Virus record (IMG/VR): IMGVR_UViG_3300021225_000468
Span: 32,001 to 96,000 of that record
Direction: 5' to 3' (one strand)
DNA from: a virus
DNA length: 64,000 nucleotides
Below, piece by piece: positions 28,917 to 38,435 of this stretch. The notes beneath the pieces were generated by a model that ran no database searches, was not told the origin of the DNA, and was given only the letters and a program-made list of their open reading frames with translations. Numbering within the stretch: position 1 is the first letter of the stretch; every line of letters starts with the position of its first letter. The translations under genes and the position numbers were made by a program.

Positions 28917-29471
28917 ATGTCAACAGGAGCGATATCAGAAAATGACTTAATGCATAGATTAGTCCAAGCAAAAAAAGTAATGAATAAAGTAGATACAGGT
29001 AATTTTGAAAGAGGTAGTGTAAACGAATCAATTTTGACAAGTTCACCTGAAGAAGTTGCACAAATGCCTAACTTACCAAAACCATCACAAAAAGTTATTA
29101 ATGTAGATAAAATTAACAACTCTAAATTACCTGATGTAATCAAGAAAGCAATGATAGAAAATCCAATTCCTCAAATATCTTTGAATGACACAATAGACAT
29201 GGATTTTGTAAAAGGAGCAAAAAGATTAATGGAGAAAGAAGGATTATCCAAAAAAAGTTCGGAAACAAAATCAACAACAGTATATAACAATAATATTGAT
29301 ATGAATGCCATATCAGTATTGATTGAAAATACAATTAGAAAAGTATTGGATGAAAAACTAAATCAAATTCTGAGTGCACATCAAACAGCATCAATTAATG
29401 AAAATTTGGTCTTAAAAGTTGGTGATTCAATATTCAAAGGAAAAATTACAGGAGTTAATAAGGCAAAATGA
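28917..29471 (+). CDS. Hypothetical protein
   Basis: 184 aa; TATTTAT upstream. Confidence 0.65.
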   Translation: MSTGAISENDLMHRLVQAKKVMNKVDTGNFERGSVNESILTSSPEEVAQMPNLPKPSQKVINVDKINNSKLPDVIKKAMIENPIPQISLNDTIDMDFVKGAKRLMEKEGLSKKSSETKSTTVYNNNIDMNAISVLIENTIRKVLDEKLNQILSAHQTASINENLVLKVGDSIFKGKITGVNKAK

Positions 29472-29522
29472 TTTTGTTTTTCAAAATATTTTAGTATTAT
29501 TTAAACATAATATTATGTTTAA

Positions 29523-30749
29523 ATGTCTAAAATTAAATTATTAACAATACCTTCTGATACACATGGAGTAGGTAAATTCAGAATTCTTGACCCTTTTAAA
29601 TTTATTGGTGATAATCATTCAGACGAATGTCATGTAGATATCATGTACGATGTCCCTGAAGATGATAACTTATTTTTAAATTACGATATTATCGTATTTC
29701 ATTCCTTTATTCATAAAGCCCCTCATGAAATTAATATCAAAAGAATCAATTGGTTAAAGTCAAAAGGTATTAAAGTTGTTATGGATATTGATGATTTATG
29801 GTTTGTTGACCAAAGACATCCTATGTATCATCAAGTTCTATTGAATAAAATTTCAGAAAAAAAAGTGGAAATGTTAAAGTTGGTTGATTATGTTTCAACT
29901 ACAACACCATTTTTTGCAAAAACTTTGAAAGATAGACTGTCTATAAAAAATATAGTGATATTTCCTAACGCGGTTAACGAAGAAGAAGAACAGTTTAAAA
30001 TTAACAAAATTCAATCAGATAAAATTAGATTTGGATGGTTAGGTGGTTCTTCACATTTATATGACATAGAATTGTTAGAACAGGGTATATCAAGTATACA
30101 TGCGTCATATAAGGACAAGATTCAATTTGTCTTATGTGGTTTTGATACAAGAGGAACAGTTACAGAAATTAAAAAAGAAACAGGTGAACAAGTTCAAAGA
30201 CCAATACAACCTTTTGAAACTGTATGGTTTAAGTATGAAAGTATTTTCACTGATAAATTTAGAGTTTTAGACCAAGATTATAAAACATATTTATTTAATT
30301 TTATTGAATCTCCTTATGATGATAAAAATAAACCATATGTAAGAAGATGGACAAAAAATATTAATACATACGCAACTAATTACAATTACTTTGATGTATC
30401 TTTAGCACCATTAGTTGATTCTATATTTAATAACAATAAATCTCAACTTAAAGTTATTGAATCAGGATTCCATAAAAAAGCATTAATTGCAAGTGAAGTA
30501 AATCCTTATACGTTAGATTTGGTAAATTCAATAGAAAATGGTAAATTTAATGAAAAGGGTAATTCTTTACTTGTATCACCAAAGAAAAACCACAAACAAT
30601 GGGCTCAACATATGAAAAAATTAATCGAAAATCCAAATCTAATTGAAGATATGGGGAATAGACTTTATGAAACAGTTAAAGACAAATACTCTCTAAAAAA
30701 CGTATGTAAAGACAGAGTACAATTTTTCAAAACAATTATTAACAAATAA
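29523..30749 (+). CDS. Glycosyltransferase (GT-B/GT4-like)
   Basis: VVMDIDDLW, IRFGWLGGSSH, DVSLAPL...FNNNKSQLKVIESG. Confidence 0.85.
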   Translation: MSKIKLLTIPSDTHGVGKFRILDPFKFIGDNHSDECHVDIMYDVPEDDNLFLNYDIIVFHSFIHKAPHEINIKRINWLKSKGIKVVMDIDDLWFVDQRHPMYHQVLLNKISEKKVEMLKLVDYVSTTTPFFAKTLKDRLSIKNIVIFPNAVNEEEEQFKINKIQSDKIRFGWLGGSSHLYDIELLEQGISSIHASYKDKIQFVLCGFDTRGTVTEIKKETGEQVQRPIQPFETVWFKYESIFTDKFRVLDQDYKTYLFNFIESPYDDKNKPYVRRWTKNINTYATNYNYFDVSLAPLVDSIFNNNKSQLKVIESGFHKKALIASEVNPYTLDLVNSIENGKFNEKGNSLLVSPKKNHKQWAQHMKKLIENPNLIEDMGNRLYETVKDKYSLKNVCKDRVQFFKTIINK

Positions 30750-30759
30750 AACAAAAACC

Positions 30760-30990
30760 ATGCATTATTTAGTGACTATCGGTTATGAAACAGACCAACA
30801 AGACAGAAACGGAAATCCTCGTCTACAAAAATTGAAATACATTTTGGAGGCAGAATCTGTTGAGGAAGCAACAATAGTTGCAAGTAAATACAGAGCAGGA
30901 GATATTCGTTCATCGGAAAGTATCTCTATCATGAAAATGCCAATTGAATGTGTAATTGACAAAAAAAATACACCCGAATATTATAAATAA
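30760..30990 (+). CDS. DUF4494-like small protein
   Basis: YETD..NG..R..K.KYILEAESVEEA resembles Bacteroidota DUF4494. Confidence 0.5.
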   Translation: MHYLVTIGYETDQQDRNGNPRLQKLKYILEAESVEEATIVASKYRAGDIRSSESISIMKMPIECVIDKKNTPEYYK

Positions 30991-30995
30991 TAATT

Positions 30996-31220
30996 ATGGA
31001 GTTTTATAATAGAGATATTCAAATATTAAGACAGTCTCAGTCTAAAATGGCATTAGAATATGTAAATCATATTGGTGCAAAAGTCACCTTTTCTGAATTA
31101 CAAAGAATAACTGATGTTTTTATTGAGTGTTGTCTTAGACCTCAAGATGATGAATTGAAAGAACGTATTAAAAAATTAGATGTTTGGTTGAAACAAAAAA
31201 CTGAAAACAATGGACAATAA
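30996..31220 (+). CDS. Hypothetical protein
   Basis: 74 aa, tightly packed in operon. Confidence 0.6.
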   Translation: MEFYNRDIQILRQSQSKMALEYVNHIGAKVTFSELQRITDVFIECCLRPQDDELKERIKKLDVWLKQKTENNGQ

Positions 31221-31782
31221 GGAACTTGAAAATTTTTTAAATAAAATTAAAAATTTAGACGATATTATTAATGACGATAATACAGATTCGTCTTCATTCA
31301 TTAACGAATTTGATGAAGTTATGTCAATGTTAAAACCAAAACATAATTTTTCATCATTGGATGTTAAAATTAAAAAATTACATCCTGATGCTGTAATTCC
31401 AAAGTACGCTAAAGATGGTGATGCTGGTTTGGATTTGGTGGCGACAGAAATTATTGATAATACATCAACTCAAGTGACATATGGTACAGGACTTGCTATG
31501 GAAATCCCATATGGTTATGTTGGGTTATTATTTCCACGCTCATCAATTAAAAATCATGAGTTAGAATTATCTAACAGCGTTGGTGTTGCGGATTCAGGAT
31601 ATAGAGGTGAAATTCGTGCGGTGTTCAATAAAACAAATGGTCCTGATTCAATGAAGTATAAAGTTGGTGATAGGGTGGTACAACTTATCATTCTACCTTA
31701 TCCTAAAATTAACTTTGTGTTAAGTGATGAATTATCTGATAGTGAAAGAGGTACAGGTGGATATGGTAGTACTGGAACTTGA
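31210..31782 (+). CDS. dut: dUTPase (trimeric) with N-terminal extension
   Basis: AGLDL, PRSS, GVADSGYRGEI, GDRVVQL, RGTGGYGSTG. Confidence 0.95.
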   Translation: MDNKELENFLNKIKNLDDIINDDNTDSSSFINEFDEVMSMLKPKHNFSSLDVKIKKLHPDAVIPKYAKDGDAGLDLVATEIIDNTSTQVTYGTGLAMEIPYGYVGLLFPRSSIKNHELELSNSVGVADSGYRGEIRAVFNKTNGPDSMKYKVGDRVVQLIILPYPKINFVLSDELSDSERGTGGYGSTGT

Positions 31783-31822
31783 TATTTATGTATAATAAAT
31801 AAATTATTTAAAAATTAATGGG

Positions 31823-32533
31823 TTGAGAAGTAAAAACAAGGTAGTAGAAGTAGAGGAAAATATCACACCAAATAAAAGAAGAATTAGAGAGTTATTTAGA
31901 AGACCAAAAGAAAAATTTTTAACAAAATCACAAAAAGAATATTGGGATGTACTTCATGAAAATCAAATAACATTATGTTTTGGTCCTGCGGGTGTGGGTA
32001 AGAGTTATATCGCAATGAAAAAAGCGGTTGACTTATTGTGGGATGACACAAATAAGTATGAGAAAATAATCATCGTTAGACCTGCAGTTGAGGCTGAAGA
32101 AAAATTAGGTAGTCTTCCTGGTGATTTAGAAGCCAAATTAGACCCATATATTTATCCTTCTTACTATTTGCTTAATAAAATCATAGGTAAAGAAGCAAGA
32201 GAAAAATTGAAAGATGAAGGGTTTATTGAAATCGCTGCGTTGGCATACATGAGAGGATGGAACGTTGATAATACCATACTTGTTTTTGAAGAAGCACAAA
32301 ACGCCACACCATCTCAAATCAAACTTTTGTTAACAAGAATTGGATTTAATTCAAAATTCTTTTTATCAGGAGATTTAGAACAATCAGATAAATTTAAAGA
32401 CAAGACTAAATCAGGTTTATTTGATGCAAAGAAAAGATTACATGATGTAAAAGGAATTGGTATTTATGAATTTGGACATCAAGATATTGTTAGAAATCCA
32501 ATAATATCTGAAATATTAAATAGATACGATTAA
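31823..32533 (+). CDS. phoH: PhoH-family ATPase
   Basis: GPAGVGKS, RPAVEAEEKLGSLPG, YMRG, EAQN, GDLEQSD, DIVRNP. Confidence 0.93.
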   Translation: MRSKNKVVEVEENITPNKRRIRELFRRPKEKFLTKSQKEYWDVLHENQITLCFGPAGVGKSYIAMKKAVDLLWDDTNKYEKIIIVRPAVEAEEKLGSLPGDLEAKLDPYIYPSYYLLNKIIGKEAREKLKDEGFIEIAALAYMRGWNVDNTILVFEEAQNATPSQIKLLLTRIGFNSKFFLSGDLEQSDKFKDKTKSGLFDAKKRLHDVKGIGIYEFGHQDIVRNPIISEILNRYD

Positions 32534-32549
32534 TTTAATGTTTACAAAT

Positions 32550-32590
32550 AAATCTCCATGTACTATATTTAGTACATGGAGATTTTTATT
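32550..32590 (+). terminator. 15-bp inverted repeat (terminator-like) overlapping next start codon
   Basis: AAATCTCCATGTACT-ATATTT-AGTACATGGAGATTT followed by T-run. Confidence 0.65.
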
Positions 32591-33181
32591 AGTATAGATG
32601 GTGTATTGAGAAATTTAATACAAAAAATTGAATATCATTATAAAGATACATTCTTAGATTCTGAATTTATTGGAGAAGATGATTTTGTATATGATGTAAT
32701 TAAACCGATACAAAATAATAATTTACTCGAATCATTCAAATTTCATTCAGTAGAAGAATTTGAATATTTTTTATTTGTAGAATATCCTATTGAAATTTTT
32801 GGTCATGCTGGTTTAAGTTATTCTAATACTTTCACAGAATTAAATAAAATGATACATGAAAATACTGACCATAATTTTACATTAGTAGGTTTAGATGAAT
32901 TTGGTAAATCAAAACCAGCAACACTATTTTTCTTATCCAAGAACGGATTTTTAGGTAATAATATCAAGTTTATTAAGAAAAATGAAATTGAAAAAAAATG
33001 GGATGAGTGTCATTTATGGATTACGGATAATTACGAAATTTTTAATAAATGCCCAATAGACAAACATGTAATAAAATTTAATACAGAGTACAATGATTTT
33101 TTTCATTGTAGTAAAGAAATAAATAAATTATCAGAAATTAATGAAACATGGTTCAAATTTTCGGAAAAAACTACAGTATAG
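32576..33181 (+). CDS. HAD-fold 5'(3')-deoxyribonucleotidase-like protein
   Basis: IFISIDGVLR (DxDGV with first Asp replaced), LWITDN, KFNTEYN. Confidence 0.6.
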   Translation: MEIFISIDGVLRNLIQKIEYHYKDTFLDSEFIGEDDFVYDVIKPIQNNNLLESFKFHSVEEFEYFLFVEYPIEIFGHAGLSYSNTFTELNKMIHENTDHNFTLVGLDEFGKSKPATLFFLSKNGFLGNNIKFIKKNEIEKKWDECHLWITDNYEIFNKCPIDKHVIKFNTEYNDFFHCSKEINKLSEINETWFKFSEKTTV

Positions 33182-33423
33182 ATATTGATGAAATTATTCG
33201 AGTTTGTGAAACATCTAAAGATGAAGAAACCGAAGCAACCGAAATTAATATTTTCAAATATGAAATTTTAAAATTTTGTTTAGACAGAGTTTTAAATGAT
33301 ATAGATGGTGAAATTGATGAAGAAATACCAATTTATGCTCAATCAGAGTTATCAGTTTCATTCAAAATCGCATTTAATACATTAATAAAATATAATATTT
33401 TAACAGAAGATGAATATGAATAA
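33148..33423 (+). CDS. Hypothetical acidic protein
   Basis: 91 aa in operon. Confidence 0.6.
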   Translation: MVQIFGKNYSIDIDEIIRVCETSKDEETEATEINIFKYEILKFCLDRVLNDIDGEIDEEIPIYAQSELSVSFKIAFNTLIKYNILTEDEYE

Positions 33424-34483
33424 TTTAGAAAACATTGAAAAAATTCAAAAAAGTATAGAAAGTTTAGAGAATAATGATAGTGTCATTTATTTTTTAACTT
33501 ATGATACCAAAGGGTATCCAAAAGCATCAGTCAAATACATTTATGATTTAGCATTAACATTAAAAGAGAATGGGTTTAGTTCTAAAATTTTAGTTGAAGA
33601 CAAATCATTTAGTGGAGTATCAAGTTGGTTGGGTGATAAGTATGATTCTTTAGAAGTAGTATCAATAAAGGAAGATAAAATTCAAATCAAGTTTGAGGAT
33701 ATTTTAGTTGTTCCTGAATTGTATTCACAAACATTACAACAGCTTTCAAGTATAAAATGTACTAAAGTAATGTTAGTACAACAAAAGGATTATATCTTTG
33801 AATCTTTACCTATCGGTAGTAAATGGTCAGATTTCGGATTTGATAATGTAATTACTACAACAAAAAAATCAAAAGAGTATATCTTAGAGTATTTTCCTGA
33901 ATCATTGACATATATTATTCCACCCATAATTGATGACGTATTTCATAAATCAGAAACACCATTAAAACCATTTATTGCAATCTCTTGTAGAGAAAGAACA
34001 ACAAGTAGAAGAATCATATCTGAGTTTTATTTGAAGTATCCACAATTGAGATGGATTACTTTCAAAGACATGGTTAATATGACTTATGAAGATTTCGCAA
34101 ATAATTTAAAAGAGTGTATGGTATCTGTATGGGTTGATGATGAATCAACTTTCGGAACGTTCCCTTTAGAATCTATGAAATGTGAAGTACCTGTTGTTGG
34201 TAAAATACCAAATACGGAACCTGATTGGTTGTCCGAAAATGGTATGTGGACATACGATTTAAATAAAATTGTTGAATTGTTATCAACATATGTCCTTGCA
34301 TATATCGATGGAATTGGATTGACTGATGAAGTATATGATAAAATGAAAGAATCATTATTACCATATGATACGGTTGTTACTAAAAACCTAATAGTGTCTG
34401 TTTTTAAATCTTTAAACAATTCCAAAATAATCAAATTAAAAAAATTAATAGAAAAATTAAACACTGAGGAGGCAGAAAAATGA
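33410..34483 (+). CDS. Glycosyltransferase (GT-B)
   Basis: ILVVPE, ESTFGTFPLESMKCEVPVVG (E-x-F-G-x-x-x-x-E-A/S-M signature). Confidence 0.8.
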   Translation: MNMNNLENIEKIQKSIESLENNDSVIYFLTYDTKGYPKASVKYIYDLALTLKENGFSSKILVEDKSFSGVSSWLGDKYDSLEVVSIKEDKIQIKFEDILVVPELYSQTLQQLSSIKCTKVMLVQQKDYIFESLPIGSKWSDFGFDNVITTTKKSKEYILEYFPESLTYIIPPIIDDVFHKSETPLKPFIAISCRERTTSRRIISEFYLKYPQLRWITFKDMVNMTYEDFANNLKECMVSVWVDDESTFGTFPLESMKCEVPVVGKIPNTEPDWLSENGMWTYDLNKIVELLSTYVLAYIDGIGLTDEVYDKMKESLLPYDTVVTKNLIVSVFKSLNNSKIIKLKKLIEKLNTEEAEK

Positions 34484-35256
34484 AAAATATTACTGTGATA
34501 TTACCCATCCATAAGATGGACGATTATTATAAAATTATGTTTGATAACGCGGTGTCATCATTAAATAATTTCTATAATGATATTGTGTTGATGATTGTAC
34601 ACCCAAAAAAGTTGAAATTAGAATTAGAAATTAATCCTAATATTGAAGTTACATATGTGACACATAATAATGATTCAGGATTTTGCAGTCAAATTAATGA
34701 AGGAATTTCAAAATGTCAAACAGAGTGGTTTTCGATTTTGGAAATAGATGATGAATATAGAAAACCTTGGTTATCTTCTATGAACGAATATGTGAAAACA
34801 TATTCTGATGTCGATGTTTTTTTAACAATAGTCAAAGATATAAATGTTGAAGGTTCATTCTTGAGTTTTACAAATGAATCAGTATGGGCATATGGATTCA
34901 GTGAAAAACAAGGATTTTTAGATAACGAGGTTCTATTAGATTTTCAGAATTACCAAATCAGTGGTGGATTGTATAGAACAAATGTTATCAAAGAAAATGG
35001 TATGTTTAAAGACAATATCAAATTAACATTTGGATATGAATTTTTATTAAGATTGACACATAATGGTGTGAAAATTATGACAGTACCTAAAATAGGTTAC
35101 CAACATGTCAATTTTAGAGAGGATTCACTTTTTTGGTTATACAAAAACAAAGAAAAAGAAGTCTTATCTGAAGATGAAGTTAAATTTTGGTTAGATACAT
35201 CTAAAAAAGAATTCTTCTTCAAAAATAAACGTGATATAAATTATGTAAAACAATAA
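34480..35256 (+). CDS. Glycosyltransferase family 2
   Basis: ITVILPIH, QINEGI, WFSILEIDDEY, YEFLLRL. Confidence 0.8.
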   Translation: MKNITVILPIHKMDDYYKIMFDNAVSSLNNFYNDIVLMIVHPKKLKLELEINPNIEVTYVTHNNDSGFCSQINEGISKCQTEWFSILEIDDEYRKPWLSSMNEYVKTYSDVDVFLTIVKDINVEGSFLSFTNESVWAYGFSEKQGFLDNEVLLDFQNYQISGGLYRTNVIKENGMFKDNIKLTFGYEFLLRLTHNGVKIMTVPKIGYQHVNFREDSLFWLYKNKEKEVLSEDEVKFWLDTSKKEFFFKNKRDINYVKQ

Positions 35257-35955
35257 ATGCCAAGAAAGAGAACCCAAAAGATTTATTTTGGGGAGGCTCA
35301 AGAACAAGCGGTGATTGATTATATCAAAACAGAATCCGAAGAACAAAAGAATAAGATATTCAATGAATATTTAAGAGAACCTCTCATTATAATGGTCGAA
35401 AGTATTATTAGACGTTATAAACTATATAGGAAAGATTTAGAGTTTGAAGATATACATAGTGATACTATGTCATTCTTAATTACTAAGATTAATAAATTTG
35501 ACCACACAAAAAACCATAAAGCATATTCTTATTTTGGTACAATATGTAAGAATTACCTTATGGGGACAATACAGAAAGAAAATAAAGAAAAAAATAGAAA
35601 CATATCTTACGAAGATATTTCTTCAGACTTGGAAGATAATGAAGAACTATCATATACTATTGATGACACAATAATTGATTACAGAGATGTTATTATTAAA
35701 TTCACTATTGAATTAGAAGAGTTTATTACAATAGAAAATTTGAATGAAAATGAAAGAAAATTGGGATATGCATTAATTGAAATTTTTAACAATTTTGATA
35801 AAATATTTCAAATTGGTGACGGTAATAAATTTAATAAAAATTTGATTCTACTTTCAATTAGAGAAATGACTTCATTGAACACAAAAGAAATTAGAATATC
35901 AATGAAGAAATATAAAAAACTGTATGAGGATATTTTAGGTGGATTTTTAGATTAA
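35257..35955 (+). CDS. Phage late sigma factor (gp55-like)
   Basis: KINKFDHTKNHKAYSYFGTICKNYL corresponds to sigma region 2 as in gp55 (AFAYFTQI). Confidence 0.75.
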   Translation: MPRKRTQKIYFGEAQEQAVIDYIKTESEEQKNKIFNEYLREPLIIMVESIIRRYKLYRKDLEFEDIHSDTMSFLITKINKFDHTKNHKAYSYFGTICKNYLMGTIQKENKEKNRNISYEDISSDLEDNEELSYTIDDTIIDYRDVIIKFTIELEEFITIENLNENERKLGYALIEIFNNFDKIFQIGDGNKFNKNLILLSIREMTSLNTKEIRISMKKYKKLYEDILGGFLD

Positions 35956-35963
35956 ATCTATTT

Positions 35964-36350
35964 ATGGGTATGAGAGATAAGAAAAATATTATATCGTTAG
36001 AGGTTGAATCTGCGTTAGCATTGATGCAAGAAATTTATAATGATATTGTCGAACAAAAAAACTATGCATCAATGATAATGAAAAAGATGTTATCATTTAT
36101 GAAAGACCAAGAAGATATGAGTACTATTGGTCCTGTAATTAAAGAACAACAAAAAATTTTAAATGAATGTACTGAGAAGAAAATATCATTAGTAAAATTA
36201 CAAGGTATTTTACATAAACAAACCCAAGGTTCTAATAAAAATATGGGAATGGGTAAATTAACCTTGAATGAAGAAGAAAGAAAGTTATTAGATGAATTGG
36301 TTAAAGATACAAATTTAGATAATAACTCACCTAATTATGAAATGGAATGA
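35964..36350 (+). CDS. Hypothetical coiled-coil protein
   Basis: 128 aa. Confidence 0.6.
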   Translation: MGMRDKKNIISLEVESALALMQEIYNDIVEQKNYASMIMKKMLSFMKDQEDMSTIGPVIKEQQKILNECTEKKISLVKLQGILHKQTQGSNKNMGMGKLTLNEEERKLLDELVKDTNLDNNSPNYEME

Positions 36351-38227
36351 GAAAAGATAAAGATATAAAATCGAGAATACAAACTATAAAAACAATTACA
36401 GATAATTCTAAGAATTTTTCTGAGAATTTATCTGATAATGTTATTGAAGATTTACCAACAACAGACAAATTATTTGGTAAAAAATTAGATGAGTTTGTAG
36501 AGAAAAGAAAAAAAAAGAAACAAAACAAAAAGGACATATTTACAAAACTTAATGATTTAGCAGAAACGTTTATTTCAGATAAAAAGTCACCAAGGAAAGA
36601 TAAATATGGAGCGAAGAAAAAATTAAAAAAAATTGCACAGGAATCACTAAAGGTCACAGTAAATTCCACTAAAGATATCTTATTGTATAATATTACAAAT
36701 ATCTTTTTTGTGGGTGATGGAATTTGTGGTAGAGAATCAACTATGAAAATTGATGAAATTACATTGAAACCAAGTGAAATTGATTTTTTAAATGTATTTT
36801 CAGTTGACCCTAATAGTGATATTGGTAAAATAGTATATGAACCTGAGTCACCGAACATAAATAGACAAAAAGTTAATAGACAATTTTACACAACATTCAA
36901 TTCGTCAACATATAACTTTGTATCAAATAACAATAAAGTTCTGTTTACAACTAATTGGGATGTAAATGAACAATCTTTTAAAATTACAGGTCTACAACAA
37001 AATACTGCAATAAAAGTAGAAGATTTTTTTTTAGATTATTTTTCTTCAATTGAACTACCTGATATTACAGGTATAACAAAAAACGCAATTTTACTAACAT
37101 TGCAACCTGGCAATAGTGTGAATATTAAGTTCAAAACAGGTTTAAATGACTTAGAAAAATTAACAAGTAAATTGTTTTCTATTTGTGGTAATTCTACTGA
37201 TAGAGAAAACATAAGAAATCAAAATCCTGTAAAGTTATTTGATAATACAGATGAAGATGAGTCTACATATTTTGATTTTGACTCTACTGAAGGTTTTGAT
37301 TTTAGTTTGGAAGATTCTAAGTTTAGGAGCGTTTTGAAATTTACTGATTGTGATAATTTTGAAATTCCTGTAAATGAAAATATATTAGAAGATTTCGCAT
37401 TTTTTTCAAGTCAAAAAAATATTGATGATTTAGTTGAAGAAACATTAGAAAAGGCAGCATCGGATGCATTTGAACAGTCAGATGGAAACATCCCCAAACA
37501 AAATTTTAATCAAAATTTATTCAATAACTTCATCATCAATCTACCTAAGGCACTTGTAATGTCAGTTTTGACACCAAAACTTTTTGTACCTGTTGTTATA
37601 ATTTATAAAATGTATAAATCATTAACAACACAAGTTTTACAAGTAAAAGATATGATGAAAAAATTGTATAAACTATTTTCTAAAATTATAAAAGATTTGT
37701 TTTGGAAATTTATACAAGAATATTGGAAAAGATTAAAAATTGAATTATTAAAATTTGTTAAAGAATTAGTTGCGGAAATATTAAAAAGTAAATATAAAAG
37801 ATACGTTACAATACTAACTGCAATATTCAATTTACTTAAAAAAGTACCAATTAATGGTATAGTCAATTGTGATAATTTATTTGACTCAATCTCAAAAACA
37901 TTAGAAACAGTATTAGCATCAAAAGGTGGTTTTCAAGTACCAGGATTTTTATTAGGGTTTTCTGATAATTTACCTGGATTCAGTAAAGAAGGTGCATTAT
38001 TAAATGCCATTCAAAGAGTAGAGTCGTTTGGTATACCAACAGGTCCAATATATAACGAAGACAATAACGTACCTAAGATATTAAAGTCATTATTAGATGG
38101 GTTTTTTGAAGAATTAGATAAAAATTCATTTGTTAAAGCGTCCAATAAAGAAATAACAATTCCAACTCCAGTTGGACCTATAATTATTCCACCAGGAATT
38201 ATAAATGTAAGTGGTAAAATATTTTAA
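36347..38227 (+). CDS. Hypothetical protein (possible baseplate/virion)
   Basis: 626 aa, upstream of gp5-like gene. Confidence 0.55.
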   Translation: MRKDKDIKSRIQTIKTITDNSKNFSENLSDNVIEDLPTTDKLFGKKLDEFVEKRKKKKQNKKDIFTKLNDLAETFISDKKSPRKDKYGAKKKLKKIAQESLKVTVNSTKDILLYNITNIFFVGDGICGRESTMKIDEITLKPSEIDFLNVFSVDPNSDIGKIVYEPESPNINRQKVNRQFYTTFNSSTYNFVSNNNKVLFTTNWDVNEQSFKITGLQQNTAIKVEDFFLDYFSSIELPDITGITKNAILLTLQPGNSVNIKFKTGLNDLEKLTSKLFSICGNSTDRENIRNQNPVKLFDNTDEDESTYFDFDSTEGFDFSLEDSKFRSVLKFTDCDNFEIPVNENILEDFAFFSSQKNIDDLVEETLEKAASDAFEQSDGNIPKQNFNQNLFNNFIINLPKALVMSVLTPKLFVPVVIIYKMYKSLTTQVLQVKDMMKKLYKLFSKIIKDLFWKFIQEYWKRLKIELLKFVKELVAEILKSKYKRYVTILTAIFNLLKKVPINGIVNCDNLFDSISKTLETVLASKGGFQVPGFLLGFSDNLPGFSKEGALLNAIQRVESFGIPTGPIYNEDNNVPKILKSLLDGFFEELDKNSFVKASNKEITIPTPVGPIIIPPGIINVSGKIF

Positions 38228-38231
38228 AATT

Positions 38232-38435
38232 ATGGAAAATAATAAAAAAATATTTGACATAATAGAAGATGTACAAAATAAATCAAACAATGATTTATTT
38301 TATGCTATAAATGAATTACAAGAAGAATTTGAAAAGACTAAAAATTTAATAGTTAACTTAACAAGACACTTAGATTCAGTTGAAGAAATGTATAATAAAG
38401 TAAATAATGAAATTGGTAAAAGAGTAAAAAAATAA
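38232..38435 (+). CDS. Hypothetical coiled-coil protein
   Basis: ATG 38232; TAATG coupling to next gene. Confidence 0.6.
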   Translation: MENNKKIFDIIEDVQNKSNNDLFYAINELQEEFEKTKNLIVNLTRHLDSVEEMYNKVNNEIGKRVKK

